Source of the DNA: Tubiluchus corallicola
Lineage: Eukaryota > Animalia > Priapulida
DNA length: 64,000 nucleotides
NCBI GenBank assembly: GCA_030141605.1
Contig: JAQGDQ010000115.1
Location: 310,001 to 374,000 of the forward strand
Direction: 5' to 3'
This document shows positions 24,345 to 36,100 of this stretch, one piece after another. The notes beneath the pieces were generated by a model. It did no database searches. It was not told the DNA's origin and was given only the letters and a program-made list of their open reading frames with translations. The stretch's first letter is position 1. Every line of letters begins with the position of its first letter. Made by a program: the position numbers and the translations under genes.

Positions 24345-24682
24345 TCATTGGGATCGATCAGATTCGAACCGAATTCGAATTGAGATCGAAAGATTTTCGA
24401 ACAAGTTTTCGAATCACCAGCAAAAATCAGTCTTACAAAGATCATGCATGTCACTAGATTTTGTTCTACAATAAAACGACTAATATAAAATTGTGCACAG
24501 AAATCACAGCTAAATCACGCTAATTGCATGATGTTTCAATCGTTTTAGTGATAAAGAACATATGTGATTGAAGTGCTGAATTATTCGAATCTATAGTTTG
24601 GATTCGAATCGAGTTCGAACTAAAAAAACTCGTTCGAATTCGATTCGAACGTTCGAACTCGAACGTTCGATGCTCACCCCTA
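24345..24682. mobile_element. hAT-type MITE (TTCGAA-rich family), left end truncated
   Basis: Ends in ATGCTCACCCCTA. The body aligns with 53526-53896 (for example AAATTGTGCACAGAAATCACAGCTAAAT). Confidence 0.8.
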
Positions 24683-24834
24683 ATTCTTAGTTTGCCTGAA
24701 CTAGCATTATGTTGTGAGAAATCGGAAAGAATAACAAATAAGTACAGTGTACGGACAGAGACTACTAAAATAACAGAAATAGATACCCTTCAATGATTAG
24801 TAAGAGCATTTATAGAAATTATGGACTCAAAAGA

Positions 24835-24837
<3 letters not shown>

Positions 24838-24871
<34 letters not shown>
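24838..24871. repeat. (TA)n microsatellite
   Basis: Uninterrupted TA run. Confidence 0.95.
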
Positions 24872-24872
<1 letters not shown>

Positions 24873-25586
24873 CAGTTACAAGGAAATGTAGTAAACGGGA
24901 AGGGTGACACTCTTATGCAGAACTAGGAAACACCATATAATGACGTCAGAAGAAAATAATCTGGTCTGGCGCATTTAGGTTGTGATTATCTTGAAAAAGG
25001 TGTAGAGGAACCAGTGAAGTGCTAAAAATATCCTCATTTCCCTCTGTTTTGGCTTATGTTGATATAGAATCCTATATCTATGCCTATGGTTCTTTGTCTA
25101 TTATCTATGTCTACTTTATACATAAATACAGTGCGTCGACGAATAAGAAATTCATTATTCAGAATTAGCACGGGCCTCAGGGACTGCGACTGTCCTAGTG
25201 ATTGCGATTTAGTCATTTACCTCGTAAGACGTAAGTTATAGCGTGTGAGTGAAAAGCAGATCTATTTTTGTAAGATCACGTGTATTTGGTAAATTAGTGT
25301 CAGCCCAGTAAACTATTTTTCTTGACAGGTTATTAACGCACAGGACAGCAAGTCGGTTTTCTGTAATACGTCTGGAATTCAAGTCTCTAGTTCGGTTGGG
25401 AAACGTTAAACCTGTAGGCTGTAACCGCAAGCTGAACCAGACTCTTGATTAGCCTACTAAGTACACCACTGATTACTGCTGTGCTGCTTATTTGTCTCTT
25501 CATACAACAGTGATCTCGTTTGCAAATAGCCTAATTTAGAGTAATTCCTGGCAGTTACTGATATAGTACCAGTCGGTACTCTAGTC

Positions 25587-25841
25587 ATGCCATTGCGAGC
25601 ATTGTTGAGGTATTTAATGCACAATGAACAGCTTATTCAAAGGCTTGCCGATTCCTCTCCTATGAGAAGAGCAGCTCAACTTACAGCTTATCTTTTCCAA
25701 AAAGGTCAAGAAATTGGGGAAGAACAACTGCGTAGTACACTCACCCAATCTGAATCACGAATTCGTTCTTTTAAAGATACGTTCATGAAAGAAATGAAAG
25801 AAGGAATGAAGCAAATAAAGCAGGAAGAGAAGAAAAGTTGA
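25587..25841 (+). CDS. NCBP2AS2: NCBP2AS2/HIAR-like small protein (84 aa, single coding exon)
   Basis: MPLRALLRYLMHNEQLIQRLADSSPMRRAAQLTAYLF...RSFKDTFMKEMKEG matches the family pattern QL(V/I)xRL(S/A)(E/D)SxP(I/M)RRAAQLTA...F(R/K)DxFxxE. Probable 5' UTR intron at 25231-25510 (GTAAGT...ACAACAG). Confidence 0.88.
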   Translation: MPLRALLRYLMHNEQLIQRLADSSPMRRAAQLTAYLFQKGQEIGEEQLRSTLTQSESRIRSFKDTFMKEMKEGMKQIKQEEKKS

Positions 25842-27165
25842 TTAAGGTTACTTACCATAATGTATCGTGAAGTGCTGTGCAATATTAAAAATTTTATTGA
25901 CAATTATTAAAGTGTAATTATGTTTGGCAATCGTTAATTAGTAGTTTACATATCTTCTGTAATCGTGGTTTTTGATATAGAAAGGAAGGTAAAGAGTGGT
26001 AATGTTTTTCGAACAGTTAGTAATAGTGACAATACCTGTTGATCTATGCCTAGAAGCACACATCGGCTGCAATTTGTTGTGCAGGCTTTAGTGTAAAATT
26101 TTATGAAGCTAGTCTAAGTTAGATCTAGAGAACTGGGTAGGCTATTTTGCCATCTAATTGTATTGAAGAAAAGCTAAGATGAAATGCATGCGATGACTGC
26201 CAACAGAAACCTTCATGAAAAATGTAGAGAAGTCAGTAAATCCTGAAATCAGGTTATAATGTAGCAGATACACTGAATTGGCTTAATGTTTATTTATGTA
26301 ATAAATTATAAACAATGCCATGTGTTATTATACTTGGTGTAACAACCAATAGCACAACAAAGTGCATTGTACGTCAAAAGATAAATATGGCCATTTATAA
26401 CATGGTAAATATAAAAATAAACAGAAAATTAATGAGTATATAATTACTATGTATAATAATGTATAAAAGACTAGCAATATTATAGTAGCATTAAAAAATG
26501 TGATTTCTATAATATAAGAAAATAAGATCATATGATTCAGTGGTTGTTTTGTCAACAAACAATTTTTGTCATTTTGTGAAATATGACAATGAAATTATTC
26601 TTAAAATTTTTGAAGTTTCCTATCTTGTATCACATTATGTGCCACCAGATTCAGAATGATAGTTCTTTTTATTTCTGTTGTGTATAACATATCTATTATG
26701 ACATACAATCTGCTGGCAATTTTATAATAACAAATGCTATATATAATAGTGTTTTAAAATGGTAAATTCAAGGTTATTTGTTTGCAAGTTTTTTTTATGA
26801 AATATCAAGAAGTAAATAAAATGCTTATGCATATTTAAAATATGTACGGTATCCCTGTCTTAGTCAGTATGCACAGATACTGATTTAAGACCTTTGGTTA
26901 GAAATAAGGTATCACAGTTGTGGACGGCTCTCTGTGATGCACCAATGGTGGTCTAGGATGCACATTTCTAACTACAAGAATGACAAGACAGTGAAAGGTG
27001 AAAGAACTTGGCGTTATAAAGCTGTCTGCAATGGTTTGCCCTCATGCTACATGTCTGGTTTGTCCTCATCCTACATGTCAGAAATGTCACTGTCCTTTTC
27101 GTACACAACTCTTCTCTTCAAGTAATTGGTAACACTTGTTTGAAATAAAGGATATCCTACATCAA

Positions 27166-30100
27166 TTAAGCTGCTGCAGACGTAGATGGCATCACTTCAT
27201 TGTCGAGTTCAGTATCCGATTGATGTTCGCTTTGCACCATTTCTTCGACACTCTCACTGTCAGAAAGGTTGCCATCTCTAAATGAAAGGGAAAAAAAACT
27301 ACAATTTTGCAAGCTTTTGTCGGTGGTTGGAAAATCAGGGTGCAGTGAGGCATTGACCATTAGCCAGTTTTTTGTATTTCTAGATAAACCACACTGATCA
27401 ATTGTGAAAATTTATATCTGTCTAGAAATTTAGACATAATCAACCTTTTATTTTATTGAAAGCTATAAATCTAAAAATTGATAATGTCGCATATGAACTG
27501 ATTGATATCAAAAAAGGTTTACAAATTCAGCCACTGGATATTTCAAGGTAAAATGGGAAACATCCCTTTATAAAAAAAATTGTTTTTGAAACACATCTTG
27601 CATTTGACAAATCAGGAGCAATAATTTTAAATCAATTGAATAGCACATTACGTGCACAGTTCATCAAAAGTGTTTTTCGTAACAAAATCAGTTTTGATTT
27701 GACAAGTTGAATCTTAAGACCTGAAAAGTTTTTGCAGGTAATGACTCTTTCGGAATGCCAAGCAGTTTTCTTATACTTCAAAAAATCATCGCTTAATTAA
27801 ACTCCTTAAAATAAAATTATTTTATTTTATTATGCATAGCACACATACGGTACTAAGAGGTCCATGGCTTTATATAGAGTTCCACTGTCTAAATAGCCTG
27901 TTGATGGTAAGTCAACAAGTGCCTCGCAGAACTTCCTCCCCATTTCTTCCAGTTCAACAATGCCAAGTTGATATCCCTGCAATTATAATGTTATAATACC
28001 AATACTAACACAGTATAATACCATTATGGGGAACATGGTTTATTGCATACAAACTGGTAACGCGAACTTAGAAAAAAGAACAATCTTTTGCCATTAATAG
28101 CGCTGAATACAGTGTACTAGGGTTATTGCGTTTTGCAGACTTTCTGTTGGATCCACTGCCTACATTAGTGTGTGTTTACAAGTTTTTATTGAGTACTTTA
28201 TCTTTTACCAGCTGTTTGCAAATTAATTTACAGTTAAATTTAGCCCGTCCATTGCCTGACGCTGCAAAAAGTTGATGGGCATGCAGTATGCCGAGTTGTT
28301 AACATGTCGGGTCGAAAGGTCATTTTGTCTACCAGCTGTATAAAAACAATGAGACACTTAGGAATCCAGTTGCATGTTAACATACATTCATGAGCAGTCA
28401 CTCCTGGATGTTTTCATCAAGCAAAGAAGCCTATAACACAATTTTTTATACAAAGAACAAACAGAAATTTTCTGCAAACAAAATTGACTGACTTTTTTTG
28501 ACTTCTCATTGATGTTACAGAACATGTCACGTAAATCTACAACTGAACGTGAACACGCCATATATTATGAAACATTCATTCATTTTTAGTTTATTGAAGT
28601 TACATAAAACATTTCTCATCGAATTTGAACATACTGCTAAATACTTGATAGTTCACAGTATCTTCTAAGAGTACTTTCCATCCTCTGTGAAGCCACACAT
28701 TGTACATTATTTATACACATTAATACATGCTTGTCCATCCAGATATTATTAGCTACGAATGCTTATGCAGTACCTTGACTATAGAGTACTTTTTTCTGGG
28801 TCGCTAACAGGTTCCCTATAATGATGTTACACTGTAATTTAGTAAATTAGTAACCAATATTAATAATAGTATTAACAACGAAAACATGCACGTGTGACTA
28901 TCCAACTAGTCTGATGACCTAAAAGTTCATTTTATCTCTTGTGACCAATAGTGGTCTTCAGTTTTAGAAGGTATTGAATTCCAGAAAATCATTCCACTTG
29001 CATCTGCAAACATTTTTCATGCCAAATGTCCAATGACAGAAAAACATCAAGGTTATTACTTGTTGCTTATTATAAAAACTAAGATTCATAAAGTCATACA
29101 CTTTGTTGCAGAATCCTTAGTTGTGCAGTTCACAAAATGTGCTTTTGGTAGCTAACATTAATTCTGATCGAAATTTGCTTAGTATCTTTTAAAGATTGTT
29201 ATGTTGAGACATCTGCCGTCATTGTTTATAAATTACTTGCTCTTTTCTGTACACAGCATTCTCATCAAGATGAGTATCTGCGTGGACGGACATAAATCTC
29301 TGTCTTTTTACAATACCTGATACTCTCCTTGGTCGCAGCCACAGTATGTGCTTTCCATCGTGTAGCTCCTGGATATGCCCATCTCTCTCCACATCACCAC
29401 TCTAGCAGTATTCTCTTTAACCTCGTCTATATGAAATGCGCACTGTGACAAGTTAAATGATGGAGCTTTCTGCTGTAGCAATACTGGCAAAGTCTAGAAT
29501 AAGAAAATCAAGATCATACTGGAAATTCAAATACAAACGAGAAAAATAAGGGTTCTGCTGTGGAACAAAAAAGGATACTGACTTAACTCTAAATTACAGT
29601 CCAGAAGGAAACGCAATCCTAGAAAACCAGCTCTAGGGTGGATGTTCTTACACAATATCTATTGTTTTTAGCACGAAATCAAGCTTGGGCACACTTTTGT
29701 TCATGATATGCTTTAGAATGTTTGCACACTTCAATGTTGTCAGTTTAGTCCTGTAGAGATCACTAAGAGGCAAACTACTGCAGTTAGAGCAAAATGTGAA
29801 GAATTTAGGGTACCCAACATAGTGGTAACAGAATTGGGAGCAAAAAAATACCAGAAACGTTTTGTCATCAGTTGCACTAATTACATCATCCTCTCTCCAA
29901 GAGTTCTTTGCACTACAACCATAGAGGAAGATATTCTTTTTACACGAATGCCCATGGTAATCGCAGAATACCTAATAGAAAAAGACTTATTTTATTGAAT
30001 TAGGGAAGCAGTTTAGTTACTTTGTTACTACAGTTGTCAGTACACCATTGCATCTTTTGCTGCTGACCTACACCCATTTATAATATACTTGTCCAAAATT

Positions 30101-33100
30101 AAAGTAAGAATAACAGTTTTTGAAGCAGTTCTATTTACACTATAAAAAGCAAGTCTAAGCTCTAAGATTTGTCTGTGCTTGGCTCACTGCTCATGCTAAG
30201 TCAGCTTTTGATAGTCTATAATAGCTGCAAAATGTTTCTTATAATTATTAACTTTAATTTAGAGGTGATAAAAGATGCAACTTACAGAATACAGCAAAAT
30301 GAGCTAAGGGCTAAAAAATCGTCCTGCTTTCTTCTACTGCTTACTCACAGCATTTAGTACATGAAAAACATCTGACAAATATCTAGACTTTTTTATTAAC
30401 AGAAAAAAATTCAGTTTTTACTCACAAAGGGAGATGTTCCTGAAGACACCAAGAAACTAGCCAACCATTTTGTGTGATAAATGGTCGGATGGAAGACTGG
30501 ACAAGGATTGTTCCACTTCCGATTCAGGTCTTCCCCAATTAGTGAACATCTATGGCTGAAATTACATGACTGTGACTAAACGAAACCAAAAATGCATATA
30601 CATCCTCCCTGTACAAGGTAAACAGCCAGAACCAGTGTGGCAAATAAAAATGCACAGAGTAAGTGTCGAACTGGTTAATCCACTCATTAATTGACCAAGT
30701 TTCGCGCCATTGTGGAACTAATTATGGTCAACATTCACAGTGCTGAGCCATGTGCCTCGCTTCTGCACCATTTTTCACATGCCACACCACCCTTCGTTAC
30801 TTTCCCGGAATACTTTCAAATGTGCTTAAGAAGCCTCAACTGCTTCAAAGTCTGATCTGAAAGGACTATCCTATACAATAGGATAAGTGTAAACAGTATA
30901 TGCAGCAGACAGCAGATGTCAGTAAGCACACTGCCAAGTGAGACTGGATTGAACTAATAACCAACAAAATTTAAACTTGCAATTGAAATATCGAGTATGC
31001 GAAACAATGGCAAACTATTATGATTTGTCAATTATGTACTAAATTATAATGAAACAAACTGGTTGAGCTTCACAGTGGCTGCAGTGATGCTTCATTATGA
31101 AGTTTACATGATTTGCAAATACTGAGGATGCCTTAAGCTTGTACTGTAGAATGTAGATTACCTTCCATTTATAACTCCATCTGGGTTCAACATCGGAATG
31201 ATTTTAAACACATACATGGCTCGTAGCTCAGTTGCTATTGGGTCAGTGCTAAGCAGAAATTCTATGGTACCTTTAAAAAATTAAAACAAAAATAGCAATA
31301 CCGTGATATTTACATGTCAAAGTTGTGCTTGATAATTTCTTGTAAAATGCAAAAATTGTATATGATACAAGATATGTGAAGCAAAGAAAAAACTGTCAAA
31401 ACTGTGACAAAAATTGAATTAACGGTAATATAACATCCGCTACATTACACTAGCAGATGTTACCGTTAAATACTGGAATTTGAGAAACCCTGCTAATACA
31501 CCGTCGACGATTTCAAATGACTTCACGCAAATGAAACAATTATAAATAACTCAATGAAAAGAGTTAACATGAAGAGAGAATGATTGATACCTTTCATCAT
31601 CCAGCTGGCATTGCTTTCTCCCGGATGCACTCTAGCGGAGAGCAAAATGTACCGTTTTTTCTTCACTGTAACAAGGTAGACAAAGTAGAAATTGGGCATT
31701 TTCACACTACAACATATGTTAATAAAAATTTCAAACATACAGCGATTGAGCAAGGCATGCTAAAATGTTCGGAATTCATGATGAGAAACAGTAGGCTGGA
31801 CACAGTGTGTGCTTAGCGACTAAAGTTAAGCAACAATCAGCTTGATCAATAAATAGATGAATGTCCTCTGGAACCAGCCGGTATTGCTCAGAACTATTTG
31901 CTTTTTGAGAACGGAGATAAATGAACATGTACACTGCTAAGACATCTCTGCCTATTCAGTGTTTCTGTCTTGGTGGGCTTCTTTGATAATGAGCAAAGTT
32001 CCAGTACTGCCACAACTATTTGCAATTTTTACGTGCTGCCACCTAGTGTTAAGTTGTATAGACAATTGGCATTCCAGGCAAACCTGAAGTGGAGGCAGTA
32101 TTCTGTTCCAGACAGTTGTGTAACTTTCGGTCTGGAAAGGCATTTGTGCATATTCATGAGTTTAATAACTTTCCAAAAAACTAAAATGGTAACCTCTCGG
32201 AGTGCTACATATATCATTGGGGATGAATAGGTGCTAAACACTATGATGAAGTTTTCAAACATATATTTTAATGATCCATTAAAACAAACCGTTGCTAAAT
32301 GATAGCTCTCTGTACTTTTAAACAACAAATGGCTACAGGTAAACTTTACATATTTGTGCATTAGCGAAACAAAATAACACAAGGTGAAATCAAAGTACTA
32401 GCTCTCAGTCTAACACCAAATACATTGTACCTGTTGTCTGAAGCTGCATATTTCCTGTGATGGTAAGAACGTGTACGTCATTTCCCGCCAGTGTCTGACA
32501 CAAGACTTGGGAACGGTAAAAAGCATCAGACAACCGAGCCATTTTATTCCACTTGACCAAATGAACCTAAACAACCAACATTCATTAACTAACTAATTAT
32601 AGCATCACTTCTTAATTACAATCTCGAAGAATTACTATAACAACACCAACATCAAAATATCGAAGTTTTGCATTTTAGCAACTTGAACGCCCCTGACTGC
32701 CATTCCAATTGCCACTGACATGCTGTTCACTTTGTAGCACTGTGTATGGGGCTGTTCACACTGTTATATGGATCACAATCTGATGCTAGGTGAATTTGTG
32801 AATGCTAGACTGGACTGATCTCAATTATGTCCAGGTTTACGATTGTAAATTAAACTACACTACAAGCTGTTACTAGAAAAGTTACAACTGTTACAAGAGC
32901 TCACTTGCAAAGCAATTACAAAGATGTTTTACCTGTAATAAGCTGTACGTATAGGGATAGTGATAAGCCAAGTAACACGTGTCTCCGGTGTGAGGAAAAC
33001 CCACTGAAAACGAAGCCGTGTAATGGAGAGAGTTGTTTTTCATTAATTCTTCAGTGGCAGTAATGTTTTTCTTCTTCTTCTTCTGCTTATAATGGTTCTT

Positions 33101-36100
33101 GTAGTAACAGATGTTGCTACCGACTCGTGTCCACTTGGCTCTGCCTTCCAGGGCTTCCGTTACAGAGAACATGACAGGTTGCATTCCTAAAATGCCAGAA
33201 TGATAAAAATACTTTGTGCAGTAGAGATTAATATATGGAAAATCGTTCATTCTATTAAGTGATTAGACCACCAGACAACAGCCAAGAAGACTGCTCCTAA
33301 TGCACTTTGCAGGGTAGTAAAAAAACTACCCTGGGTCAGAAATACTTAAGTGGTTCATACAACAGCAAGTAGTGCAATTACACAGTTGCAATGCTTTTTT
33401 AACTTGCCCCTAGATGGCAGTCAAAAATAATCATTCAGTCACCATAGCAATATCAACTTTATAAATGCGCAGCCTTCACCACATTGTTAGAAGCTACAGC
33501 AGGACAATGCCCACAGTGGGCTGCATGTTAGGAACACCATGGCAACCTATTGTTCCAGCTAAACTTACTTTGCTGCTGCATGAAATTGTACACATCGTTC
33601 TTGCAAATGTGATTAGCGCACAAAGAGCTCATATTTAACATCTGCACAAAATAACATATTTTGGTGGTTATTTCATTATCTATTTGAAAATGTTGGTTGT
33701 TTTTGTTTAAGTATTAAGATAATTTAACTATTTGAGAAATGTTCCAGTACTCCATGAAAAAATGCTTTATATACTGTACAACAACATAAATGCTTAATAA
33801 ATTTACTCAACATGCACAAAACCCAAAAAGATCTAACATAAAAACGTGATCATTAAAAAATGTTAAGAATCGCTCTTAATAGAGCTGCTGGCTGTTTTTT
33901 ACACCCAATTACCCATTGTTATAAATTTAACAAATATTGTGAAAAAGTGAAATTTTCCAATGGCCGTCAAGATAATTATATACAACAACGAAACATGTAA
34001 TTGCAGTATGTCCAGTCGTCTGCTATGCTAGGAAAAGTGACAACATGTGTGAATTTCAGTATTTCTTTTCCTAAGAATTATCCACTTAGCTGTTGAAATG
34101 CTAGCAGCTATGCGAAAAATATGACAAACCAGAACAACATTAATTTATAGTGATTCATACGATTCACACTCCAACATAAAACTAGGATGAAACAAATATC
34201 TTTCTTCACTATTGCTGCAAAAAACTCACCTGAACTGAACTGGCTACCACCTTTCTCACAATTAATGATGTTGAATCGGTACAGCACGTCCGCAACCATA
34301 TTGGAAACGCTAAAATAGAACCACTGAAAGTGGCGCTGGCTGTTTATGTCTGAGCTCAGAATCAGATCATATTCGTTGTCTCTTACCTGTAACCACAGGA
34401 AATGTACCAATTAGTTTAACTCTGCAACATCAATTTCCAAGTCATGAATTTCCTACATGTTTCCGCAAATCATGAATCTAACGCAACTCAGTTATCAGTG
34501 AATACGTAGCAAGTAAAACAGCAAGTTTTATAACCATAAAGGTAGGACTCTATGTACACGCAATGTGTGATGCATAGTGCATATACAACACCATGCATTT
34601 AAACATGTCTTCATTTCTAAATAATGGACAAGCCATAATGTGTGAAACGTGATCTGTATTTCAAATCTTTGTTCTAACGAAAGTGTTACGGAACATTAAG
34701 ATTGTTCGTCTATTATAGGTGACTCAGTGGCCGAGTATCAGTTTAGGTGAATTTTCAAGTTTCTGGCGACCACTTTTGCTGGTTGGCTTGCAGGTCAGGT
34801 GAGTTTTGGTCACTTCAGGACCTACTCACAATAATATTCCCTGCATTTGAGTTTCTCGGAAGTGGAAGAAGCTTTTGCATCTAGTTACAGTTCTTTCGCT
34901 AAGTAGTTGATACGTGCCGCATTGTTCTCTCTCCAGCAAAAAGTTATGCATCCAAAATCTGTTCTTTCTATTTAATTTTTCTGTCAAATAGTACAGTGAT
35001 AAACTAATACCACCAATGTGATTATTTCTTGATCACTGTCAAGCTGAAATTCCACAGAAAGATGGCGTCCAAAAATCGGTACTTCCTATTTTCATGAACA
35101 GCAACCAAAAATGGCAGAAAGAGAGCTGTGAGCTTTGTAAATATGCATAGCATTCACGGACATATGGAAACAGTCACTATGCATCATGCACTAAGAATCA
35201 AAGATCACGCATCAAGGATTACATGCACATGAAGTCCTATCTTAAAATGTAGCGTTTGGTGTAAAATATATGTCAATCATTCGTCGCATACTTATTTCAG
35301 TATAAATAATTTGACGCAACTGCTGCAGCATTTAACAACTAAACAGACACACAATTCAGTTCAGCTGCTTGTTTAGGAACCAAATTCAAGCAACACTAAA
35401 CTTAGTCAGTAAATGGGTTTGAACCAGGCTAATTTCAGGAAATTCTCTGACCAAAGAAGAACGTATAAGCATCCAACATGACTAAAACGGCTATAACAGT
35501 TCAGTCTCTTGTATTAAGGATTCCAGTCGTACCACAGCCATCTAAAATAAGTAAGTCTGTCCATTGAGTGTGGGATCGCAGCTTGTGGAGCATTGGACAG
35601 TGTGCAAATACTGGAAAATATGGAGAAACAAAGACAACAATGTGTACAAGAAGTAAAGAATTGTAATTTAAATTTCTAATTGATTGTTGCAGAATGTTGC
35701 TTAAACTACTGGTATTATTTGCCTTACATTTTCAATATTGCCTACATGCTTGTAATAACTTATTTTACCTGCATGGCAAGTCTAAGATTCCCGCTTTCAA
35801 ACTGAGAATCAAACTGCAGACAGCTGTAAGCTGTATCAAAGCCGTCTTTTGTCTTGGACCTGCAAAACAAACCGCAGCTGAGAATATTATATAGATACAG
35901 TGCATTACATTAACGGACTGTACAGTCGACTATTTAGTGTCCAGCATTTGCAGCTATACGCGAGACATCCTGTAAATAAAATGAACAGAGTATTAATTTT
36001 GCTGCTAGAAATTAAAATCCACATACCTCGTGTCATCCTGACAAAACTGTGGACTCTGAAACTGCTCTGCTTTCTGTTTCTCGACAATCTCGTCGAGATT

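Noticed and set aside
35901-35970. Possible extra CCP1 exon after TTTACAG at about 35971
   Set aside because: In the required phase it reads RMSRV* (stop). The flanking exons join in frame without it.
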